A stretch of 64,000 bases of DNA from an uncultured Bacillota bacterium (GTDB lineage Bacteria; Bacillota; Clostridia; Lachnospirales; Lachnospiraceae). Below are positions 36,922-45,415 of this stretch, piece by piece. The stretch spans positions 25,785 to 89,784 of the forward strand of contig CATWQE010000005.1 in the NCBI GenBank assembly GCA_958352855.1. Reading direction: 5' to 3'. Every line of letters starts with the position of its first letter. The stretch's first letter is position 1. The position numbers were made by a program, and so were the translations under genes. The notes under the pieces were generated by a model that saw nothing but the letters and a program-made list of their open reading frames with translations, was not told where the DNA came from and made no database searches.

Positions 36922-37389
36922 ATGCAAATCGGAAATAAGGATGACAGCTTGCGAAGACGATTGGTGCAGCTTACTCATTTGTATTTCAGAGAAACTTTTC
37001 ATGAATTGAAAAAAATCGGGATTCATCCAAAACAGGTTCCCTTCATGATTCTTTTAAGTGACCATGAGGGACTCAGCCAGCGGGAAATTTCAGAGGAACT
37101 GGGTATCAGTGCGCCTACAGTAGCAGTATCTGTGAAGCGGTTAGAAAAATCCGGACTGGTAGAGCGTCAGGAGGATGAAAAGGACCTGAGAAGATGCAGG
37201 ATTTATCTCACAACTCAGGGGAAAGCAGTAATCTGTAATGTGAAGAAATGTGTGGAGGAAAAGGAAGCCCTGGTATTTCAGGGATTTACAGAAGGTGAGC
37301 AGTGCTTAATGAAACGTTTCTTTGACCAGATGATAGAGAACCTGACAGAGAAAAAAGAAGAAACAGGAAAGGAGAAAACAGATGTTTAA
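36922..37389 (+). CDS. MarR family transcriptional regulator
   Basis: Winged-helix MarR core (LSQREISEELGISAPTVAVSVKRLEKSGLVERQ). Confidence 0.8.
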   Translation: MQIGNKDDSLRRRLVQLTHLYFRETFHELKKIGIHPKQVPFMILLSDHEGLSQREISEELGISAPTVAVSVKRLEKSGLVERQEDEKDLRRCRIYLTTQGKAVICNVKKCVEEKEALVFQGFTEGEQCLMKRFFDQMIENLTEKKEETGKEKTDV

Positions 37390-39550
37390 AATGTTTCATT
37401 ATATGAAAGAGCGTTGGTATTATATTGTGATGATTGTGGCGCTCTTGTTTGTTCAGGCATTTTGTGACCTGTCTTTGCCGGATTATACATCTAAGATTAT
37501 TAATGTGGGAATCCAGCAAAAAGGTGTGGAAGATGGAGTGCCGGAAACCATAAGAGAGGAATCCATGGATAAATTATTGCTTTTTCTGGAACAGGAAGAA
37601 GCAGAAGAAGTGCTGGATGCTTACAAGAATAAGGATGGAATTTATGAGCTTCAGTCTGTGACGGAGGAAGAACGGCAAGAACTGAATCAGATTTTGGGAA
37701 TCCCGGAGCTGGTTGTGACAGGGCTTTCGGATGAAGAATCAGAAGAAACAAAGAAAATCAAAGAGCAGATGGAACTTCCCAAGGAAGCAGATTTGTTCCA
37801 GGTTTTTCAGAGTATGCCAAAGGAACAGCTACAGACCATGACAGAGGAAATGAAAAAGAAACTGGAAGAAATGCCGGATTCCATTGTAACCCAGAGCGCA
37901 GTGCTTTTTGTGGAGCAGGAGTATGAGGCTCAGGATATTGATATGGATAAGTTGCAAATGGAGTATATCCTCATGAGCGGCGTAAAAATGCTTGGGCTGG
38001 CCTTTCTGGCTATGGCAGCAGCCATTGCAGTGACCTTCCTGTCAGCAAGAGTAGCGGCAGTGCTGGGACGGAATCTGAGAAACAGTATTTACAGAAAGGT
38101 GATTTCTTTTTCGGGCAGGGAACTGAACCAGTTTTCCACAGCGTCTTTGATTACCAGAAGCACTAATGACGTACAGCAGGTACAGATGCTGTTTACTCTT
38201 TTGTTCCGTATTGTTCTGTATGCGCCAATTCTGGGAATCGGCGGCGTTTATAAGGTGTTCCAGACCGATGCGTCCATGACCTGGATTCTGGCCCTGGCGG
38301 TAGTGGTAATCACGCTGTTTGTGGTACTGCTGTTTCGGATTGCCATGCCGAAATTTACCAGGCTGCAGTTTTTAATTGATGAATTAAACCTGGTTTCCAG
38401 GGAGATTCTTACCGGTGTGCCGGTTGTACGGGCATTTAGCAGGGAGAAACATGAGGAAGAGCGTTTTGAAGAAGCCAATGCCAGACTTACCAAAACCAAT
38501 CTTTTTGTAAACCGTTGTATGACCTTTATGATGCCGGTTATGATGCTGTTGATGAATGGCGTTACGGTTCTTATTGTGTGGAACGGAGCCCATGCAGTAA
38601 ATGAAGGTTCCATGCAGGTGGGAAATATGATGGCATTTATGCAGTATGCAATGCAGATTATTATGGCATTTTTAATGATTACCATGATGTCTATTATGAT
38701 TCCAAGAGCCAATGTGGCGGCAAAACGTATTAATGAGGTGATGGAAACCCAGGTAAGTATTCAGGACAGCCAGGAAGTACAGTCTGTGCAGGAAGATAAG
38801 AAAGGACAGATTGTGTTTGACCATGTAAGCTTTGCTTATCCGGGAGCGGATGAAAAAACGCTGCATGACATTGACTTTACTGCCAGAAAAGGGGAAACCG
38901 TAGCCTTTATTGGAAGTACAGGAAGCGGCAAGAGTACCCTGGTAAATCTGATTCCACGTTTCTTTGACGTGACAGAGGGACGTATTCTGGTAGATGGAGT
39001 GGATATCAGAAATCTGAAACTCCATGATTTGCGGGAACGGATTGGTTATGTGCCCCAGAAGGCAGTGCTGTTCTCAGGTACCATTGATTCTAATATTCGC
39101 TACGGAAAAGAGGAAGCAACAGAGGCAGAAGTGAAAAAGGCTGCCAAGATTGCTCAGGCATGGGAATTTATTGAAGAAAAAGAAGAGGGTGTAGATTCTG
39201 CTATTGCCCAGGGAGGAACCAATGTTTCCGGCGGACAGAAACAGCGGCTTTCCATTGCAAGAGCCATTGCCAAAGAGCCGGAAATCTATATTTTTGACGA
39301 TAGTTTTTCCGCTCTGGATTATAAGACAGATGTAGTTTTGCGCCGGGCATTGAAACAGGAAACCAAAGATGCTACTACATTGATTGTTGCTCAGAGAATC
39401 AGTACCATTCTCCATGCAGATAAGATTCTGGTTCTGGATGAGGGACGTGTGGTTGGACAGGGAACGCACAGAGAGCTTTTGAATTCCTGTGAGGTTTACC
39501 GTCAGATTGCCATGTCACAGCTATCAGAGGAGGAATTAGCCAATGAGTAA
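37382..39550 (+). CDS. ABC transporter permease/ATPase (exporter half-transporter) with a large acidic insertion after TM1
   Basis: Type I exporter TMD plus NBD (Walker A GSTGSGKST, signature VSGGQKQR, Walker B IYIFDDSFS). About 170 acidic, helical residues separate TM1 from TM2. Starts 8 nt inside the marR end. Confidence 0.85.
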   Translation: MFKMFHYMKERWYYIVMIVALLFVQAFCDLSLPDYTSKIINVGIQQKGVEDGVPETIREESMDKLLLFLEQEEAEEVLDAYKNKDGIYELQSVTEEERQELNQILGIPELVVTGLSDEESEETKKIKEQMELPKEADLFQVFQSMPKEQLQTMTEEMKKKLEEMPDSIVTQSAVLFVEQEYEAQDIDMDKLQMEYILMSGVKMLGLAFLAMAAAIAVTFLSARVAAVLGRNLRNSIYRKVISFSGRELNQFSTASLITRSTNDVQQVQMLFTLLFRIVLYAPILGIGGVYKVFQTDASMTWILALAVVVITLFVVLLFRIAMPKFTRLQFLIDELNLVSREILTGVPVVRAFSREKHEEERFEEANARLTKTNLFVNRCMTFMMPVMMLLMNGVTVLIVWNGAHAVNEGSMQVGNMMAFMQYAMQIIMAFLMITMMSIMIPRANVAAKRINEVMETQVSIQDSQEVQSVQEDKKGQIVFDHVSFAYPGADEKTLHDIDFTARKGETVAFIGSTGSGKSTLVNLIPRFFDVTEGRILVDGVDIRNLKLHDLRERIGYVPQKAVLFSGTIDSNIRYGKEEATEAEVKKAAKIAQAWEFIEEKEEGVDSAIAQGGTNVSGGQKQRLSIARAIAKEPEIYIFDDSFSALDYKTDVVLRRALKQETKDATTLIVAQRISTILHADKILVLDEGRVVGQGTHRELLNSCEVYRQIAMSQLSEEELANE

Positions 39551-41378
39551 AGCAAGAGGACCAATGGGTCATGGCCATGGACATGGAATGTCCGGTGAAA
39601 AGGCCAAGGATTTTAAAAGTGCTATGAAACGGTTGTTTCAGTATATGAAACGTTATCGTATCCAGCTTGGAATCATGATGATTTTTGCAGTTGGCAGTAC
39701 TATATTTAATATTATCGGACCAAAGATTTTAGGAAAAGCGACCACAGAACTTTTTAATGGTCTGGTGTCAAAAATCAGTGGAGGCAGCGGAATTAATTTC
39801 GGAAAAATCGGTGAAATTCTGCTGTGGACTCTGGGACTTTATCTGGTAAGCTCTGCCTTTTCCTTTATTCAGGGCTGGATTATGACCGGTATTTCAAATC
39901 AGGTGACGTATAGTCTGAGAAAGGATATTTCCAAAAAGATTAACCGCCTGCCCATGAAATATTTTGAAAGCAGAACACATGGAGAGATTTTGTCCAGGAT
40001 TACTAATGATGTGGATACCCTGCAAACCAGTATTAACCAGAGTTTTACACAGTTGATTACTTCTGTGACCATGTTGATTGGTGTCTTTCTTATGATGCTT
40101 TCCATTAATGTATGGATGACTCTGGCGGCTGTTCTGATTCTGCCGATTTCCATGCTGATTATTTCCAGGGTTATGAAACGCTCCCAGAAATATTTCCAGG
40201 CGCAACAGAAATATCTGGGGGAAGTAAACGGTCAGATTGAGGAAATCTACAGTGGACAGAATGTGGTAAAAGCCTTTAACAAAGAGGAAGACGTAGTAAA
40301 AGAATTTGAAGCAACCAACGAAAAGCTTTATACTTCTGCATGGCGTTCACAGTTTTTCTCTGGCATGATGATGCCTATTATGCAGTTTGTGGGAAATCTG
40401 GGTTATGTTATGGTCGCCCTTCTTGGCGGTGTTATGGTGATTAAAGGAAAAGTTGCAGTGGGTGATATCCAGGCGTTTTTCCAGTATATCAGAAACTTTA
40501 CCCAGCCTATCCAGCAGATTGCTCAGGTTACGAACCTTCTCCAGTCTTCTGCCGCTGCTGCAGAGCGTGTGTTTGAATTTTTGGATGAGGAAGAAGAAGA
40601 TCAGATAGCAGAGCATCCGGTGGACATCAGGGAGATTCAGGGAAATGTGGAAGCGCGCCATGTGGCCTTTGGATATAATCCAGACCGTCTGATTATCCAC
40701 GATTTCAGCGGTGTGGTAAAGGCTGGACAGAAGGTAGCCATTGTAGGTCCCACAGGAGCCGGAAAAACTACCATGATTAAACTGTTGATGCGGTTCTATG
40801 ATGTAAATTCAGGGGAAATTCTCATAGACGGTCACAATGTAAAGGACTTTAACAGAAGCCAGCTTCGTGAAATGTTTGGAATGGTGCTTCAGGATACCTG
40901 GCTGTTCCATGGAACCATTATGGAAAATATCCGTTACGGAAGACTGGATGCAACAGACGAGGAAGTTATAGCAGCGGCAAAAGCAGCCCATGCTCATCAT
41001 TTCATTATGTCCCAGCCGGGAGGCTACCAAATGATGCTTAATGAGGAAACCAGCAACATTTCCCAGGGACAGAAGCAGCTTCTTACTATTGCAAGAGCGA
41101 TTCTGGCAGATAATAAGATTCTGATTTTAGACGAAGCAACTTCTTCGGTAGATACCAGAACAGAAGAGCAGATTCAGGGCGCTATGGATAATCTCATGCG
41201 TGGAAGAACCAGCTTTGTCATTGCACACAGACTTTCTACCATTCGTGATGCAGATTTGATTCTGGTTATGAAAGACGGAGATATTATTGAACAGGGAACT
41301 CACGATTCCCTGCTGGCAGAAGGCGGCTTCTATGCAAACCTCTATAACAGCCAGTTTGAAAAAGCAGAGGCAATTTAA
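39543..41378 (+). CDS. ABC transporter permease/ATPase (partner half-transporter)
   Basis: Walker A GPTGAGKTT, signature ISQGQKQL, Walker B ILILDEATSS. His/Gly-rich N-terminus (GPMGHGHGHGMSG). 8-nt overlap with the upstream partner. Confidence 0.85.
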   Translation: MSKARGPMGHGHGHGMSGEKAKDFKSAMKRLFQYMKRYRIQLGIMMIFAVGSTIFNIIGPKILGKATTELFNGLVSKISGGSGINFGKIGEILLWTLGLYLVSSAFSFIQGWIMTGISNQVTYSLRKDISKKINRLPMKYFESRTHGEILSRITNDVDTLQTSINQSFTQLITSVTMLIGVFLMMLSINVWMTLAAVLILPISMLIISRVMKRSQKYFQAQQKYLGEVNGQIEEIYSGQNVVKAFNKEEDVVKEFEATNEKLYTSAWRSQFFSGMMMPIMQFVGNLGYVMVALLGGVMVIKGKVAVGDIQAFFQYIRNFTQPIQQIAQVTNLLQSSAAAAERVFEFLDEEEEDQIAEHPVDIREIQGNVEARHVAFGYNPDRLIIHDFSGVVKAGQKVAIVGPTGAGKTTMIKLLMRFYDVNSGEILIDGHNVKDFNRSQLREMFGMVLQDTWLFHGTIMENIRYGRLDATDEEVIAAAKAAHAHHFIMSQPGGYQMMLNEETSNISQGQKQLLTIARAILADNKILILDEATSSVDTRTEEQIQGAMDNLMRGRTSFVIAHRLSTIRDADLILVMKDGDIIEQGTHDSLLAEGGFYANLYNSQFEKAEAI

Positions 41379-41514
41379 AAATAAGTAAAAGACAGAGCCA
41401 TCCAGTATTTGACAGAAGCAATTACTGAGGTGGCTCTGTTTTTTTCATTGAGAGGAAAGGGAGTGGGTGGTATAATGATTGCATGTAAAAAAAGGTTTAT
41501 GGGAGAAAGATATA

Positions 41515-42395
41515 TGAGTATATTAAAGATTGCGTTGCTGCAAGTCGCGCCTGGTAAGACGATTGATGAGAATCGGGAAAAGGGGATTGAGGCTTGTAAA
41601 AAAGCAAAAGAAATGGGAGCGGACATTGCTCTGTTTCCGGAAATGTGGAGCAATGGTTACCGGATTTATGACAGACCGGCAAAAGAATGGCAGGCAGAAG
41701 CCATTCCTGTTGAGAGTGATTTTGTGAATGCTTTTGGTAGTCTGGCAAAGGAATTGGGTCTTGCAATCGGAATTACTTTGCTGGAGAAATTTGAACCTTT
41801 TCCCCGTAATTCACTGGTTTTATTTGACCGATATGGAGTGAAAAAATTAGTATATGCGAAGGTGCATACCTGCGATTTTTCAGTGGAGGCAAATCTTACA
41901 CCGGGAGAGGATTTTTATGTCACAACACTAGATACAGCAGCAGGTGAAGTGCAGGTGGGAGCCATGATTTGTTATGACAGAGAGTTTCCGGAAAGCGCGA
42001 GAATTCTTATGTTAAAAGGAGCAGAATTAATCCTGGTTCCCAATGCCTGCCCTATGGAAATCAACCGTCTCTCCCAGCTTCGGGGCAGAGCCTTTGAGAA
42101 CATGACAGCCATTGCTACCTGCAATTATCCGGAGACAGTGCCGGACTGCAATGGGGGCTCCAGTGTTTTGGATGGAGTAGTTTACTTACCGGAATTAGAA
42201 GGATCCAGGGACACCTGTATTTTGCAGGCAGGTGAAGAAGAAGGGATTTATCTTGCAGAGCTGGATTTACAGCAGTTGCGGAAATACCGGGAAACAGAGG
42301 TTCATGGAAATGCATACCGCCATCCGAAAAAATATGGAAAATTAGTGGAAACCAGGATTGAAAAACCATTTGTCAGGACAGATTACAGGGAATAG
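41515..42395 (+). CDS. Carbon-nitrogen hydrolase family protein (second paralogue)
   Basis: CN-hydrolase fold with QVGAMICYDREFPE. Start at MSILKIALLQ behind GGGAGAAAG. The longer frame from 41409 is unlikely. Confidence 0.75.
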
Positions 42396-42432
42396 AGAAA
42401 AGCAGTGAGTTTAAGCGCATAAGGAGGAAGCA

Positions 42433-42882
42433 ATGGGAAAAATCAGAATTATGAAAAAGAATGATGAATATTCGACAGAATATGAGGTAGGAGACATTTT
42501 TGAAACAACCGGAACCTGGTATGGCGGCGTTCATATTGTAGGAAAAACAGGAGTGCCGGTATCTCTGGATAAAGAAGAATACGTGGAACTTAATACAGAA
42601 CCGGAGAGCAAGGAAGAGATTTCCACCAGAGATATTCAGGAAGGAGATATTGTACAGCATTTTAAAAGAGAGTGGGTTTCAGAAAAAACTTCAGAATATC
42701 TCTATAAGATACTGGCATTTGCACAACATACAGAAACAGGAGAACATCTGGTAATTTATCAGGCACTCTATACACCATTTAAAGTTTCTGCCAGACCTTT
42801 GTCTATGTTTATGAGTGAAGTAGACAGGGAAAAATATCCGGATATCAGACAGAAATATAGATTTGAGAAAGTGCAGTTGTGA
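42433..42882 (+). CDS. DUF1653 domain protein
   Basis: C-terminal [23 protein letters not shown]...ARPLSMF matches the DUF1653 pattern. Confidence 0.55.
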   Translation: MGKIRIMKKNDEYSTEYEVGDIFETTGTWYGGVHIVGKTGVPVSLDKEEYVELNTEPESKEEISTRDIQEGDIVQHFKREWVSEKTSEYLYKILAFAQHTETGEHLVIYQALYTPFKVSARPLSMFMSEVDREKYPDIRQKYRFEKVQL

Positions 42883-43553
42883 TGGACTTGCAGAGGAGGA
42901 AAACATTGATAAAAGCAGTGATTTTTGATATGTATGAGACCCTGATTACTCATTATGAATGTCCTTTATATTTTAGCGCGGAGATGGCGAAAGATGCAGG
43001 GATTTCAGAAGAAAACTTCAGAAAAATATGGAGAGAAACCGAAACCAAAAGAACCATTGGAAAGCTTTCTTTTGAAGAAGTATTAGAGCGGATTTTGAAA
43101 GAAAATAACAGCTATTCAGAAGAAAAATTAAGATATATAGCTGCTAAACGTATTCATACAAAGGAAGAATTATTTTGCCATTTACACAAGGAAATTATAC
43201 CACTGCTGAATGCGTTGAAGGAAAGGAAAATTCAGATTGGATTAATCAGCAATTGTTTTTCCGAAGAGGCAAAGGTTATTAAAAAGAGTATTTTATATCC
43301 ATATTTTGATGTTCCGCTTCTGTCCTATGATGAGGGATTACAGAAACCAGACTTGGAAATTTTTCAGAGATGTCTGGAAAGACTGCAAGTGTTTCCACAG
43401 GAATGTTTGTATGTAGGAGATGGTGGAAGTTTTGAACTGGAAGCAGCAGAAAAAATAGGAATGAAGGCAGTGCAGGCAGTTTGGTATGTATCCCAGAGAA
43501 AGGCAGAGTTTCGGCAGCTAGAGAGTCCCCTGGAGCTTTTAAGATTACTTTAG
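42879..43553 (+). CDS. HAD superfamily hydrolase
   Basis: Motif I FDMYETL (DxYxT) and motif [13 protein letters not shown]. Confidence 0.75.
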   Translation: MMDLQRRKTLIKAVIFDMYETLITHYECPLYFSAEMAKDAGISEENFRKIWRETETKRTIGKLSFEEVLERILKENNSYSEEKLRYIAAKRIHTKEELFCHLHKEIIPLLNALKERKIQIGLISNCFSEEAKVIKKSILYPYFDVPLLSYDEGLQKPDLEIFQRCLERLQVFPQECLYVGDGGSFELEAAEKIGMKAVQAVWYVSQRKAEFRQLESPLELLRLL

Positions 43554-43588
43554 TATTGGAACTCCATGCTGCCATGGAGTTCCAATAC
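43554..43588. terminator. Perfect 15-bp-stem hairpin between convergent genes
   Basis: TATTGGAACTCCATG CTGC CATGGAGTTCCAATA. Confidence 0.5.
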
Positions 43589-43590
43589 AC

Positions 43591-43827
43591 TTAAAAATTA
43601 CTGTATTTTTCTATATATTCTTCTGCCTCTTTTGCAGAAAGAGAAAAACTGTTCATTAATTTTTCCAGAAGCTGTTCTTTGGGAAGCTGCAGCTCTGAGA
43701 AGGTACGGATTATCTCACGAATGCCAGTTTTGATACCGTCTTTCATTCCTGCTTCGTGTCCTTTTTTCCAGGAATCTTCTTTTAAGAATTCCCGAAATTC
43801 ATTTTCGTCATATTCTGTTAAGATCAT
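43591..43827 (-). CDS. Hypothetical 78-aa helical protein
   Basis: ATG at 43827 follows AGGTGA. The KKGHEAGMKDGIKTGIREII pattern loosely resembles C-terminal helper domains of Rpn-type proteins. The upstream extension of the ORF track looks non-coding. Confidence 0.35.
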   Translation of the reverse strand: MILTEYDENEFREFLKEDSWKKGHEAGMKDGIKTGIREIIRTFSELQLPKEQLLEKLMNSFSLSAKEAEEYIEKYSNF

Positions 43828-43992
43828 ATCTATCACCTCAGCCTTGTTTTTACGTAGTATCTTTATTTTAACAAAGATATGATTTTGTAGCAACACAAAG
43901 AAAATCAAGAGGAAAAGTTCTTGTTCAGGGAATTGTTTTTCCGTATAATAAATTTCATATAAAATGTCTATAAAAGAAACCGGAGGTGAGCC

Positions 43993-44706
43993 ATGAATAC
44001 GCAATTTATCAAAGGGCTTTCCATTGACTGGAACAGGATTGCCCCCTATAGTTATCTGAGGGAAATCGAGGCTTTACATGATTTGAAAAGTCTGGAATTT
44101 ACCAGTCCCATCACTTTTTTTGTGGGGGAGAATGGCAGCGGCAAGTCCACTTTGCTGGAAGCCATTGCCATAGCGGCTGGATTTAATCCGGAAGGGGGAA
44201 GCAGAAATTATCACTTTTCTACGTTTGATTCCCATTCAGAGCTCTGTGAGGCTATTCGGATTGTGCGAGGTTATAATCGACCTGGATTGGGATATTTTCT
44301 GAGAGCAGAGAGCTTTTATAATGTGGCAACCAAGGAGATGGATTATGCGGATGAAGACCATCCGTCTCAAAAATATCATGAAAAGTCTCATGGAGAAAGT
44401 TTTCTGACTCTGGCTCAAAATCAGTTTCGTCCTCATGGGCTGTATTTGCTGGATGAGCCGGAGGCAGCTTTGTCACCCCAGAGACAACTGACACTTTTAA
44501 TAAATATTCACGAATGTGCAAAAGCAGGCGCACAATTTTTTATCGTGACTCATTCCCCGATTTTGCTGGGGATGCCGGGAGCGGAAATTTTGACCTTTGA
44601 TGAAGGGAAGCTGCATGCCTGCTCCTATGAGGAGACAAGCAGCTATCAGATTACGGAGCTATATATTAATAACCGCAAACAACTGCTGGAGAGATTATTA
44701 GATTAA
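43993..44706 (+). CDS. Stand-alone minimal ABC-type ATPase (AAA family ATPase, COG3910-like)
   Basis: Walker A GENGSGKST, signature-like SHGESF, Walker B LYLLDEPEAALSP, H-loop THSP. 237 aa with no transmembrane or other fused domain. Confidence 0.65.
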   Translation: MNTQFIKGLSIDWNRIAPYSYLREIEALHDLKSLEFTSPITFFVGENGSGKSTLLEAIAIAAGFNPEGGSRNYHFSTFDSHSELCEAIRIVRGYNRPGLGYFLRAESFYNVATKEMDYADEDHPSQKYHEKSHGESFLTLAQNQFRPHGLYLLDEPEAALSPQRQLTLLINIHECAKAGAQFFIVTHSPILLGMPGAEILTFDEGKLHACSYEETSSYQITELYINNRKQLLERLLD

Positions 44707-44719
44707 AGAGGAAAGGCGG

Positions 44720-45415
44720 ATGGTAAACATGACAAACATAGGGATTTTATGTGCCAGCGATACAGAACTGGAACCATTTCTGGATTACATAGAAGTAGAG
44801 AAAACCGTAGAAAAAGCGATGCTGAAGTTTTACAAAGGCAGTATAGGTGAGCATCCTGTAGTTGCTGTGTATAGTGGTGTCTGCAAAGTAAACGCAGCCA
44901 TTGCGGCGCAGATTTTAATTGATGAATTTCAGGTGACACACATGATAAATGCGGGAACAGCAGGGGGAATGGATGAAGGCGTACAATTATTTGATACTGT
45001 GGTATCCCGGCAGATGATGTATCATGATGTGGCGGAGGATATCCTGACAGAATTTCATCCATGGCTGAAAGAGAATTATTTTTGTGCAGATAAGAACCTT
45101 CTTCTGGCCGCCAGACAATATAGCCGCCAGACCTCTTTTCCCATGCTTTTTGGCAGAATGGTAACAGGGGAACAGTTTATTGAGGATGATAAAAGGGCAG
45201 AAATTAATGCAGCCTGTGCGCCCCTTTCTGTAGATATGGAAACCGCCAGCGCAGCCCATGTATGCTATGTCAATGAGATTCCCTTTTTAAGCGTAAGAAC
45301 CATTACCGATACAGCAGATCATAAAGGGGCAGAAAATTTTGAAAAGAACTGTGAGGCTGCTTCCAGACAATGCGCAAAGATTGTGACTGGTATTCTGGGA
45401 CAGTTACCATCCTAA
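44720..45415 (+). CDS. mtnN: 5'-methylthioadenosine/S-adenosylhomocysteine nucleosidase
   Basis: PNP_UDP_1 fold (IGILCASDTELEPF...GVCKVNAAIAAQ...ETASAAHVC). About 230 aa. Confidence 0.8.
   Translation: MVNMTNIGILCASDTELEPFLDYIEVEKTVEKAMLKFYKGSIGEHPVVAVYSGVCKVNAAIAAQILIDEFQVTHMINAGTAGGMDEGVQLFDTVVSRQMMYHDVAEDILTEFHPWLKENYFCADKNLLLAARQYSRQTSFPMLFGRMVTGEQFIEDDKRAEINAACAPLSVDMETASAAHVCYVNEIPFLSVRTITDTADHKGAENFEKNCEAASRQCAKIVTGILGQLPS

Noticed and set aside
43828-44004. Upstream 59 codons of the 137-aa minus-strand ORF
   Set aside because: The low-complexity hydrophobic/Phe-rich translation looks non-coding. The RBS-preceded ATG at 43827 defines a cleaner 78-aa protein.
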